Virus record (IMG/VR): IMGVR_UViG_3300046376_000226
Location: 10,556-74,555 of that record
Strand: one strand, 5' to 3'
Source of the DNA: a virus
DNA length: 64,000 nt
The position numbers and the translations under genes were made by a program. Every line of letters begins with the position of its first letter. Position 1 is the stretch's first letter. The notes below the pieces were generated by a model. That model was given only the letters and a program-made list of their open reading frames with translations. It ran no database searches and was not told the origin of the DNA. Shown in pieces: positions 37,301 to 45,625 of this stretch.

Positions 37301-39972
37301 CTCTTGTACGGCGTTTTCAAGCCCAGGGCGGCCAGCTTCTCGTTTAAATGCCCGAAATTATTAGCCAGGATATTAGTCGAGATGCCCTGGATATAGGATT
37401 GATGCGGTTCACCGGCTTTTCTGGGCAGGCTGACGCCTACGGAGGTAGGAATAAAACTGTGTCCCACTAGCTGTCCTACCGTAGTTCCCATCAGACGCGC
37501 CTCCGGGGTGTGTTCTTCGTACTGGACAGTGCGACTTTCGCGGGTGGGATAACGCTGAGCTTCTTTAGGTGCCGACAGATAACTGATATGCATCGGGCGC
37601 TTCTCAGCGATCGCTTGCTCGGCTTGGGCTAACATCTGGCGCTGCGGACCATGCTTGCCTTCCGGTAAGCCTCCTAGGAGCTGGTCATGGATCGGGTCGC
37701 CTTCAACGAAGTGCTCGCCTTTTATCGCGCCGTCTTTTTGTTTCTTAACACGCGGATCATCCTCGGAAACTAAGCGGGCGTGTTCTTTAACGGCTTCGGG
37801 TAATTTCGTTCCGGGGCTAAGCGCTTTAAATGCTGGCGGGTTAGCTTGGCCGTGGGTGCTACCTGGTGGCGCTCCTCCGGTGTAGATTCCACCCTTGGCT
37901 GGCGCAGTTGGCTGTGCGGTCGTAGCCGGTGGTACCGGTGCTTTAGCCGGTGGTACCGGCGCTTTAGCTGCCGCAATCGGCTTCTTTGGCGCTGGTGCTG
38001 AAGGAGCAGGGAGGAGCGTCTTCGGTTTAGCTGGCGCAACCGGCTGGACTTTCCCGAGTTCCGGTTTTTGCAGGAGCGAAAGCTCAACTGTCTTGGCGCT
38101 AGGCTGAGCAGGAAGAGAAGAAGGTGCCGCTGGCGGGGGCAGTAAGGACTGCGGCCTGGCGGCCGGGGCAGCCGGAGCTGGTAGCTGGGCTGACTGGGAA
38201 GCACCCGGAAGGATATTCTGGGTATCGGTAATGGCTCGCGGCTGACTAGATCCCCGCGTGATTAGTTTAGTTGTTAACGGGGTTTGTTCTTCCTCTTCCT
38301 CTTCCTCGGTTTGCGCGGCTTGAGCTTGCGGTGTTCTGCCGCGAAAAGGCCAGGGAATCCCGCCAAACCAACCACCTTGGCTTGGAGCGGCTTCCGGTGC
38401 CGCGCTAATATGGGCTGTTCCTCCGCTAGCGCCCAGTGGGACCTCTGTCTGTGCAGGCGCAGGCGCATTGGTTTCACTAGGAACCATGGGCACTAACGTG
38501 TCTCCACCTTTGCCTTTACCTTTACCTTCACCACCGCCTTTGCCGGTGAGTTCAATGTCAGGGATTGGGTAGGGCTTACCATCACCGCCGACTATCTGGT
38601 AGCTGACAGCATGGTTATCGCTAAATCCCATGTCTTTGGCCGCACCGTAGGTTAGGTCTAATACTTTACCTGGGTGCCTCCCTAGAGAGCCCTGGATATC
38701 GACAATCGGGAACTTGTGGATCTTGCCGTTGGGATCCGGTAGTTCGACATGAGCAGATTGAATCTGCCGGATGATCGCTTTGGCTTCAGGCGTATCCAAT
38801 GCGTCATAACCGCCCTTCGAATTTAGCTGAGCAAAATGGCCGAAGGTCTTTTCCAGGACATCTACTGGCACGGCAACCGCCTTTAAATTTGGGTTCCGCG
38901 TGTTGACTCCACCAAAGAAGCCCCGCCCGTTATCATCAGCATCGATACTACCGTCGTAATTGAGTCCAAAACTGGTGGCGGTACCGTAGATCCTCTTCCC
39001 GTCAATTGTGGTTGGCGCCTGATCTCCGGTGCCGGGTGATGGCAGTTGAATCTTGGGGGACTTTGCGCCTGTTTCACTACCGCTTGTTTGCGGCTCGCCA
39101 CCGCCTTTCCGTCGATTGAATTCGGCAATAACTCTCGGGTCATCAAGCCGGTCGGTATCTAAGCTGCGCGCAATTTCGGATTTAAGCAGCGTGTCATTCA
39201 GGTTATCCTGCTCGCTGGGCTTGGCTGGCTCTGCCTTGGGCTTGGGTGCTGCCCCTGAAAGCGTCTTGGGCTCCTGACCTGAAACAATTGCTTGAGCGGC
39301 CCCTGGACTGTGTCCCTGATTAATCAGACCTCTCAGCTGCTCCTCGGTATCGGGCTGATCCTCGGCTATTTTCGGATAGACGGTCGGTTGCTGCTGGGGA
39401 GACTGTTGCTGCGGAGACTGCTGCTGGGGCGGCTGGGGCGGCGGCAACTCCCGACTCGCCATAGAGACCGGGGGCGCTGGCTGCTGTTGCTGGGGCTGCT
39501 GGTTGACCTTAGCTTCTGGTGCGTTAGGGGCAAAAACCTTTGGTTGATCTCCTTTCGCCTTCTCGACTGGAACTTCTGGCGCGTCTGGAGCAAAAGTTTT
39601 GGTTTCTGACTTCTCGACTGGGACCGCTGATGCGTCTGGAGCAAAAACTTTTCCACTGGGAGGAGGTTCTTGTGTTTTTGGCGGAAGCTCCTCGCGAGAG
39701 TGTAACTGGAAGGGATTCCCAGAGCGCGAAGGGTCTGGCGGCAACGTCCATGGAATTTTTGATATGGCCGCCACGGGATCGGGATCACCCAATGCCAGCT
39801 GTTTGACGCTACCTCCCTCTTCGTATCCACGAGCGCCCTGGTTCAATTGGTCCAGTTTCTTTACACCTATGCGCCTGACAGCATCCCGTTTTATTACGTA
39901 CTCACCGGGCGTCAGCATCGCCGGAACGGTGTCAGTAGGACCAGGAGCGGGAGGTGGGGGGCGTGTCGGCAT
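34345..39972 (-). CDS. Very large multidomain internal virion/ejection protein with putative RlpA/DPBB-like lytic transglycosylase domain
   Basis: 1875 aa; TDTVPAMLTPGEYVIKRDAV; GTATSFG..DDNG..AVAVP..IVDI..KVLDLTYGAAKDMG; C-terminal GWY..AITSQG..GAKIGAFFSNL..TMDLWF domain; Pro-rich linkers. Confidence 0.8.
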   Translation of the reverse strand: MPTRPPPPAPGPTDTVPAMLTPGEYVIKRDAVRRIGVKKLDQLNQGARGYEEGGSVKQLALGDPDPVAAISKIPWTLPPDPSRSGNPFQLHSREELPPKTQEPPPSGKVFAPDASAVPVEKSETKTFAPDAPEVPVEKAKGDQPKVFAPNAPEAKVNQQPQQQQPAPPVSMASRELPPPQPPQQQSPQQQSPQQQPTVYPKIAEDQPDTEEQLRGLINQGHSPGAAQAIVSGQEPKTLSGAAPKPKAEPAKPSEQDNLNDTLLKSEIARSLDTDRLDDPRVIAEFNRRKGGGEPQTSGSETGAKSPKIQLPSPGTGDQAPTTIDGKRIYGTATSFGLNYDGSIDADDNGRGFFGGVNTRNPNLKAVAVPVDVLEKTFGHFAQLNSKGGYDALDTPEAKAIIRQIQSAHVELPDPNGKIHKFPIVDIQGSLGRHPGKVLDLTYGAAKDMGFSDNHAVSYQIVGGDGKPYPIPDIELTGKGGGEGKGKGKGGDTLVPMVPSETNAPAPAQTEVPLGASGGTAHISAAPEAAPSQGGWFGGIPWPFRGRTPQAQAAQTEEEEEEEQTPLTTKLITRGSSQPRAITDTQNILPGASQSAQLPAPAAPAARPQSLLPPPAAPSSLPAQPSAKTVELSLLQKPELGKVQPVAPAKPKTLLPAPSAPAPKKPIAAAKAPVPPAKAPVPPATTAQPTAPAKGGIYTGGAPPGSTHGQANPPAFKALSPGTKLPEAVKEHARLVSEDDPRVKKQKDGAIKGEHFVEGDPIHDQLLGGLPEGKHGPQRQMLAQAEQAIAEKRPMHISYLSAPKEAQRYPTRESRTVQYEEHTPEARLMGTTVGQLVGHSFIPTSVGVSLPRKAGEPHQSYIQGISTNILANNFGHLNEKLAALGLKTPYKSLGNKFYNDLEGYYSNLNAGHTATGRGHALGTEDLPNIPDPSHVPYKLKRREADFINTVINNTMAFAGHEDAQKLRELAKANGTLITPEGETNRMRHHIEQHDPGWRNRVLEPSVRSFKTGLIVAHHQDERYFPETIRPGKEFQNLTRAIQNTSEQGRPDVPIATSLHHTYQDNAQINKIERDFSDHKIDEAEAHRRLEAMGEDPDEYRFVGGSGGLVTPYEDDPEAITPEEHTQMKHNLREQWINGKIDVEKYRQKAAEVPLPTKPAGFAKGGLVKPQGDPDDLAGQTVSTTAAPPATPPPDQDDEPPAAAPTKTPPAAPSAKPQPSPEQPEAIRAAAVHHVPTGKITEGFTHYDAAVAAERRKDPNNYEVGFTTNKGRFVDRDEAHQIAKSAKQVGKTEDESLAAEDLGRNRLVPEKPTSTETEAAKPKPQKAAPPAPGEPLPETAGTKPGAKPGAEEEAEEPEAEEQPAPGKVKKTKAEADEEKAIKAEAMRTAAIDRDKIETPEDKKEQAASVRLNKISKAWVKQNPDIHPQSMHAHLTGARSFPGKLKNEQIGEYYDANNPKLDYENEEHREHASDAVVHDVMHSLAGTTTGGKPSHAFGWYSRTIRKALKKAGEIAPKIATDKDHDLAFKLAWAITSQGQDVFPNTESTWAAYHHFVKTGRLPESREIFGGGLKAEQMEENFAKINKLWHGDENNPGLGSDKLRKMLMKRMTVGELAKQYPGLDVGGELAHHTVNGAMMLGAKIGAFFSNLNGDYDPTTMDLWFSRNMNLMAGNMFKFSDEATRKDRIEKGEVVKSHLSQLRDVLNSGLVSIDEDQAKTISKELDALMAVPEGKLDRPTARALAPEIYKWARQRHRLYQQSPGVEGSYDESFKTPENLTAKKLDEGTTKLADAPRNGTEREWWRDIMRRAGEKLKAAGVHLTNADKQALLWFDIKDLFKMAGSPQRPKADYLDAMHALVYKVKQGKLPSLPVEEMQEAA

Positions 39973-40021
39973 CGTTGATTTCCTACTTGAGTTTCAATCC
40001 TCGGTACTGTATAGTGGACAC

Positions 40022-40249
40022 ATGCTGCGGCGGCTTTTACTCTTATTCCTGTTCCCTTATTTGCTTGCGGGGTTGCTTGCGGGAATCTATTTCCTGTGCT
40101 GGGCTGTGGCGTGGGCTTTCTTTGTTCTGGCGATTCCTATCTGTGAAATAACGCATCTGAATTACAATTTTGTGATGCTAGCAGAAGGAGTAGCACTGGT
40201 AATATGGTTGCTCTATTTATGTACTAAAGAAGCACTCAAGAAGTCTTAG
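40022..40249 (+). CDS. Small membrane protein on the opposite strand
   Basis: MLRRLLLLFLFPYLLAGLLAGIYFLCW... two hydrophobic helices; fills the gap between two ejection genes. Confidence 0.55.
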   Translation: MLRRLLLLFLFPYLLAGLLAGIYFLCWAVAWAFFVLAIPICEITHLNYNFVMLAEGVALVIWLLYLCTKEALKKS

Positions 40250-42855
40250 GGTTTAGTTTTCAACTTCCCGTCTCCATCCCAGAACAACGTGCCGCTCTTG
40301 ATGGCCTTGTAATCGGCATCGGTCTTGGGACGAGGTGCAGCATCTGAAATTTCCTTACTTACAGGCGTTGGTGAAAGTGAAACCTTTGCTGACGTAGATC
40401 CATCGCTCGAAGCATCCCAGCCGTGAGTAGGTGACCAAGGGGCATCCCACTTCCTTTGCGGCGGTATCCCGATGTTATTTACTAGATTGCGATTCTTGTC
40501 CCTCATCCTATTGTTTTCATCCTCTATGTAGCCCTTTGTTGAATCCGTTAAGTTGCTCAGATTTTTCAGATCCGTTTCTGGGATGCGAGAACCGCCCTTG
40601 GTTAACTCGTCATTGTAGCGTTTGTAATCAGCTATAGCGTTGTTTTTAACCTCTCTGATGCCAGCCAGAGCCGTATCATAATCATTACCCCCTTGGGTAA
40701 TTTTATTTAGAGGATTGATAGTGCTCACATTCGTTCCTCTCGGTACCGAGAGGTCTATATTAGTAAACGGAATAGTACCACCCAACTCTTCCTGCTTCGG
40801 CGTCGCTGCGATGCCCTCGTATGTGCCTCCTGGTGTTTTCCCCAAGTGAGTGTTTAGATTTACCATGTCCTGCGCCAGCGAATCCGCGAACTTATTTACC
40901 GGCCCTTTTTTGGCCAGGAAGTCCCAGAAATCGTGTCCCCAGGACTGCGCCCAGCTTGGCATCCCAGGCTGATATGCTGCCTGCGCCCAGGCAGCTTCCT
41001 TGCTCCGGACCATTTCATCTTGGGAAATAGTACTCAGAGGTATCTTATTCTCCTTTAGCCATAAGATCTTATCTTCAATTTGCTGCGCGTCCTTGATAGA
41101 ATTTGCTGCGTTCTGAAGTCCAATTGCTTGAGGGCCTGTCGGGTCAGGAGCATTGGGATGGAGCTTGTAAAACCTGGCGTGCCGGAGCCACAAGTCCTGC
41201 CACTCTGGGCTAGAGTTCTTGATTGTGTCATAATTCATGGTTATACCGTCTGGGATCGGTGGGCCACCGGGCCCAGCGTATTCCTCAAGCAGTTGTTGCT
41301 TACGCAAGTCCTCTGGACTCCCTTGTCCCGGTACAAATCCACTAGAGCCTTTGTAGAAGCGCCGTTCTAAAAATGGGTGTGCTGCATCCTCAGGAAGCGA
41401 CGTATAAACCTTGCCCTTCTCATCTGTTTGCCAATTGAAAATAGGGTGAGCGGAATTCGCATCAGCATTCAATGTTTCCGCTGAGGCGTTCTCCTTTTGA
41501 GCATCAGCTGCTGCTTTCGCGCCCTCTACCGCCTGCTGATTACTACCGCCAGCCATTAATGCAGGGTTTACCGCGCCTGTCTGACTAACAGTGGGTCCCT
41601 GCGGCATTTGATATGGAGCAGGATTATAGGCCCCAGGAGCCGCTGGCGGCCCTGTTTGGTCTTGGGCGATTGTCGGGTAACGCTGAGCCGGGTTCGGTTG
41701 CTGGGGGACCGGAGGAGCAGGGGCACTCGCCGGAAAGGGGACCTGATTGCCAAAAGGCGACCAAACCGGACCCTGCTGGCTGCTAGGTGGTTGTTGTCCG
41801 TTGCCCTGTGGTTGTTGTGCGTTGCTCTGCTGCTCTAATACCTCGCTGGCATTGTGGTTAGTCATTAATGCCCGACCCCACGGTGTTGCTGCTAACTGCG
41901 AGGCGGATATCGTGGTCGAGCCGCCGCCCTTCAGGTTGATAACCCAGGCGGGTTCGCCCTTAATGCCGCCACCGGACAAATAGGTAGCGTCCTGGGCAGC
42001 GGTACTGACATTAGTCCTGAAAGCATCCAGTACCGCTTTTGGCGCAATAACCGGATGAACGTTCTGATCTTGCCAATGAGCCAGCGCACTTGCTTCAGGC
42101 GGGGGCGGGGCTGCTTGAGCTTGTTGCGGCGCTTGGTTATCCGGTGCCGGGGGCGCTAAGGGCGTTGGTCGCCGTGCCGGACTCCAGATGGAGCCGCCTT
42201 GTTGCGGCGGGTTGACTTGGGGCGGTGGTTCCTGCGCCTGCGTCGGTTCATAGTTACCCGTGGAAGGGTTCAAGAACATGCGTGTGCCCAGACCCGCTGC
42301 CTGGCGCTCTAGCGCCATTTGATTTAGAGGAGCAGCGTCCGATTTAGACTCAGAGCTTACAGTTCCTCCGGCATCATAACCTCGCACTAGACCTCCCTGC
42401 GCCATCCCTGCGCTAGGATCCTTCGGGGGAGGTTGCGGGGGTGTTCCCGATGTCCACTGATTGCTCCCAGGTTTTGCCTCGTAGTATGGCTGACCGTTTT
42501 CGTCTACCCCCGTATTCTTACCAGTACGAGTTATAGTCGGGTTCGGCTTCGTTACTGTTTTATTGTCACTGCCGTCGCCAGTGGTGTCTATATTTTGCGC
42601 GGCCTGTTGCGTGACTGGCTGCGTTATAGGAGCAACCATGGTCGCACCTTGAGGAGTCTCTGCGACGGTACCATAGAGCCAGTTTTTATTCGCGGCCGCA
42701 TGCTTCATTGCCGCCTCACCGAGTTGCGCCCTCTGTACCCCCTCTTTCATCTGCTCCCGCACCAGCGGGTTTATAGGCGAACTCATGAGTTGGTTAGCCG
42801 CTTCCATTGCGGTCTTACCAACCCCCGCCCACAGCGCACCTGCTTCTGTTGGCAC
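40246..42855 (-). CDS. Large internal virion/ejection protein
   Basis: 869 aa, Gln/Pro-rich, MAQGGLVRGYDAGGTV motif; C-terminal IKSGTLFWDGDGKLKTKP typical of podophage ejection proteins. Confidence 0.75.
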   Translation of the reverse strand: MPTEAGALWAGVGKTAMEAANQLMSSPINPLVREQMKEGVQRAQLGEAAMKHAAANKNWLYGTVAETPQGATMVAPITQPVTQQAAQNIDTTGDGSDNKTVTKPNPTITRTGKNTGVDENGQPYYEAKPGSNQWTSGTPPQPPPKDPSAGMAQGGLVRGYDAGGTVSSESKSDAAPLNQMALERQAAGLGTRMFLNPSTGNYEPTQAQEPPPQVNPPQQGGSIWSPARRPTPLAPPAPDNQAPQQAQAAPPPPEASALAHWQDQNVHPVIAPKAVLDAFRTNVSTAAQDATYLSGGGIKGEPAWVINLKGGGSTTISASQLAATPWGRALMTNHNASEVLEQQSNAQQPQGNGQQPPSSQQGPVWSPFGNQVPFPASAPAPPVPQQPNPAQRYPTIAQDQTGPPAAPGAYNPAPYQMPQGPTVSQTGAVNPALMAGGSNQQAVEGAKAAADAQKENASAETLNADANSAHPIFNWQTDEKGKVYTSLPEDAAHPFLERRFYKGSSGFVPGQGSPEDLRKQQLLEEYAGPGGPPIPDGITMNYDTIKNSSPEWQDLWLRHARFYKLHPNAPDPTGPQAIGLQNAANSIKDAQQIEDKILWLKENKIPLSTISQDEMVRSKEAAWAQAAYQPGMPSWAQSWGHDFWDFLAKKGPVNKFADSLAQDMVNLNTHLGKTPGGTYEGIAATPKQEELGGTIPFTNIDLSVPRGTNVSTINPLNKITQGGNDYDTALAGIREVKNNAIADYKRYNDELTKGGSRIPETDLKNLSNLTDSTKGYIEDENNRMRDKNRNLVNNIGIPPQRKWDAPWSPTHGWDASSDGSTSAKVSLSPTPVSKEISDAAPRPKTDADYKAIKSGTLFWDGDGKLKTKP

Positions 42856-42981
42856 TTGGACGTATTGAGGGTGATATTGACTGGGGGTGAAGGTATACGG
42901 AACGTTTACCGCCTGCCTTTGGGTTTCGGGGGCTGCGATGGTACTAACCCTCTTCTTTCTGTGTTATGACATGTTGCGGTT

Positions 42982-44328
42982 CTAGACCAAGCCTTCCATG
43001 CGCAATCTGTAATAGAGGTCGTTTGGATTTTCCTGTTGCCCTTCTCCACGCTGTGATTGGGACTGGTTTAACGTCACTTCTTTCGCGGGAGGTGGAGCCG
43101 GGATCGCTGATGTCTGCATCTGCCACGGTTTAACTGACTGGGCGTATTGCTGGGCGGCAGCCGTTAAGCCTGAGGCTAGCCCGCCAATTACGCCAGCCGC
43201 TTGGACTCTAGGATTTTGCCCTCCGCTCCACGAGGTATTAGCGGCATTCGCTGCGTCAATTGATGGTGAAGCAGTGGCCACTCCTCCGGTCGTTTGCGGT
43301 GCCTGCGGAGTGGTTGGGGTTGGAGGCCCAACTTGTAAAGACTGGGTTCGGTCGGCGTAACTCTGGCCAGCCGGTCCTGGGTTTGTGGCATTAATGCCTG
43401 CCAGAGAGAGAGCCCTTCTGCGAGCCTCTTCAGGCTGGTCATCGCCCACATAACCTCCGGAGTCCATTCCAACTGGGGGTACTAACCCACCAGAGCGCAT
43501 CTTTATTGGCGGCCCTCCTGCAATCGCGCTTTGTAGTTGGCTGTGAAAGTCTGCGATATCCGCAGGCGTAGCGGAACTGGGGTCACCGCCAAAATGAGCA
43601 AATATGGCCTTACCAGCATCGGCTAATGCGTTGGTGTGAGCCGACAAAAAATCTGGTGCGGCGGGAGGCTGGCCTGGCTGGGTAATGGGTACAGCAGGTG
43701 GCGCTCCTGGCGCGGCGGGTGCGTGTACCCTGGCAAAAGCTTGTCCAGGCTGATAAGGCACATAATCCACCCCGCCAGAAGCGAGGGGTTGAGGAGTCCC
43801 GCCCCCGCTCGGGGGTAGCGGTGTGGCAGCCTGGAAGACTCCCGGCATCTGGGGTCCCTCGGAACCGGGACCGGCCTTCAGGAAACCGGGCTGGAATGGG
43901 CCGAAGGTGGGTGAACCCACGTTTTGAACCCCGCCAATGCTGGCCTGGCCGCTCGGGATTGGGTTGTAGACCGGGTAACCGCCATAGCGACCCAGTCCTA
44001 CCGCGCTAAGACCAGCTGCACCCAGATTGGTTAGTCCAGCATCGGGACCGCCCACACCGTAGGGCGAATTTGTGCTGCCGCCTTGGCTATTACCACCGCT
44101 GCCCTGCGCATTGAGCCCCGCTAGATTCGTTCCGCCCCGCGCATTAATCAGCCCCGCTAGATTACTCGGATCATTTTGGTTGTTGGCGCCCTGGGCAATG
44201 GTGGGAGCAATACTACTGATGAAGGTGCCGACCTGGTCCAAGGGAACATTCTGGGCTTGTAACGCCTGCGCTACACCCGGCCCGAAGGTGCTCGCAACGC
44301 TGTTCCAATCGCTAAAACTAGCTGCCAT
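42982..44328 (-). CDS. Gly/Pro/Ala-rich internal virion protein
   Basis: 448 aa, GGAG RBS, overlaps the tfuA end; MRSGGLV and MDSGGYV motifs. Confidence 0.75.
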   Translation of the reverse strand: MAASFSDWNSVASTFGPGVAQALQAQNVPLDQVGTFISSIAPTIAQGANNQNDPSNLAGLINARGGTNLAGLNAQGSGGNSQGGSTNSPYGVGGPDAGLTNLGAAGLSAVGLGRYGGYPVYNPIPSGQASIGGVQNVGSPTFGPFQPGFLKAGPGSEGPQMPGVFQAATPLPPSGGGTPQPLASGGVDYVPYQPGQAFARVHAPAAPGAPPAVPITQPGQPPAAPDFLSAHTNALADAGKAIFAHFGGDPSSATPADIADFHSQLQSAIAGGPPIKMRSGGLVPPVGMDSGGYVGDDQPEEARRRALSLAGINATNPGPAGQSYADRTQSLQVGPPTPTTPQAPQTTGGVATASPSIDAANAANTSWSGGQNPRVQAAGVIGGLASGLTAAAQQYAQSVKPWQMQTSAIPAPPPAKEVTLNQSQSQRGEGQQENPNDLYYRLRMEGLV

Positions 44329-45625
44329 GGGTTGACTCCTTTGCCGCGTTAAGTCTTTCTAAGGCTACCCCTAGCTCGATGCAGTTGCTGAAACCGGTAT
44401 CCAGGAGGTATTCTTCCGGATTGCAGTGCAGTTCTAGCCCCTCACGTTCAAAATGCTCAGTTAGTATTTCAAAAGCGCCTCGCTCGAGGTTAACGCTGAG
44501 CCAATCGTCAACGCCGCTCTCTTTGATCTTCTTTTCAGTTGTAACCGCTTGGGTCGCCCAGTAATCAAAGGCTTGATGGGTGCGCAAATAATCAATGATT
44601 TGCTGGCTATTGCGCCGGTACATCTTAGCCACGGTATTACTATGTTGTAATTTGCGGATGCGAGCATTCTGGATAATCAGCCGGTTGTACTCGCCCTGGG
44701 TCCAGCCATTAGCTGAAAGGTAAGAGGAAAACTCGCCCGGGGTTTCGATACCGCTGCGCTGTTGGAACCGGATATTCTCGCGCTCGACTTCCTCAATCGA
44801 GACGGTCACTAGCAGCAGATCGCAAAGCATCAGCGCCAGTTCCTGGTTAGAGCTGTCCCAGCAGATCCGCTCATACTCGGGGTGGTGAAGCAGCACGTAA
44901 GCGTCGATGTGCTGTTGGGGAATCGGTTCGTCGTTGACCTCAATCCTGCGATCCCGTTCATAGAGCGCCTGGAAAAAACGGGAGAGGTGGTCTGGAGTGG
45001 GCTTAAGCTTGGGCTCTGGTTTCAGTTCGCGGAAATTTTCCAGGAGCGCAGTAGCGTCAATGGCCTTCTGAGGTATGAGCGGGAAATCGGGACCACCCCA
45101 AAGCTGTTCACAGACCTCCTTAGTCCGCTCTGTGTAATTGATCTTCTGCGCTGCGGCAAGGAACGCTTCGGCCTTGTTATCTTTGACTGCGTTGACCCCG
45201 GCCCTGATATCGACCAATGGAACAGTGAAACATTTATAGTCTCCACTGGGTAATTCAGCATACGAAACAGCCACCTCCCCGTCATCTTCGGTTACACCGT
45301 CTCGATACCATTCGTAGATCTGGCCCACACCGATCATTCCCAGCCAATCCAACTCCGATGCGCGTAAAGCGCCCATCGATGCCGCGCCATAGATGGCCTT
45401 GACGCCCGGATACTGGAGCGCATAGACGATCTCCTTATGCCAGGGGGATAAATTTTCCCTGAACGAACCATCCACCAGAAGGATATGCGTAGGATTCAGG
45501 TTAACTACGTCGGTGACGATGTCCCCTTGTCGGGCAGGTCGACGGTAGATTGCCTCAGGAAGGATCTCGCGTGCCCGTGTTATAGGCAGCGAAGGGCCCA
45601 GATAGACTAGGACTTTCTCACTCAT
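44318..45625 (-). CDS. tfuA: TfuA-like protein
   Basis: VYLGPSL, PARQGDI, VDGSF..SPWHKEI..AL, GAASMGALRASEL..GMIGVG.IYEWY, DDGEVAV, VPLVDIR. Confidence 0.92.
   Translation of the reverse strand: MSEKVLVYLGPSLPITRAREILPEAIYRRPARQGDIVTDVVNLNPTHILLVDGSFRENLSPWHKEIVYALQYPGVKAIYGAASMGALRASELDWLGMIGVGQIYEWYRDGVTEDDGEVAVSYAELPSGDYKCFTVPLVDIRAGVNAVKDNKAEAFLAAAQKINYTERTKEVCEQLWGGPDFPLIPQKAIDATALLENFRELKPEPKLKPTPDHLSRFFQALYERDRRIEVNDEPIPQQHIDAYVLLHHPEYERICWDSSNQELALMLCDLLLVTVSIEEVERENIRFQQRSGIETPGEFSSYLSANGWTQGEYNRLIIQNARIRKLQHSNTVAKMYRRNSQQIIDYLRTHQAFDYWATQAVTTEKKIKESGVDDWLSVNLERGAFEILTEHFEREGLELHCNPEEYLLDTGFSNCIELGVALERLNAAKESTHGS

Noticed and set aside
42856-42981. Possible RiPP precursor peptide for YcaO-TfuA in the short gap
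   Set aside because: Only a very short Pro-rich frame, with no leader/core pattern I can support
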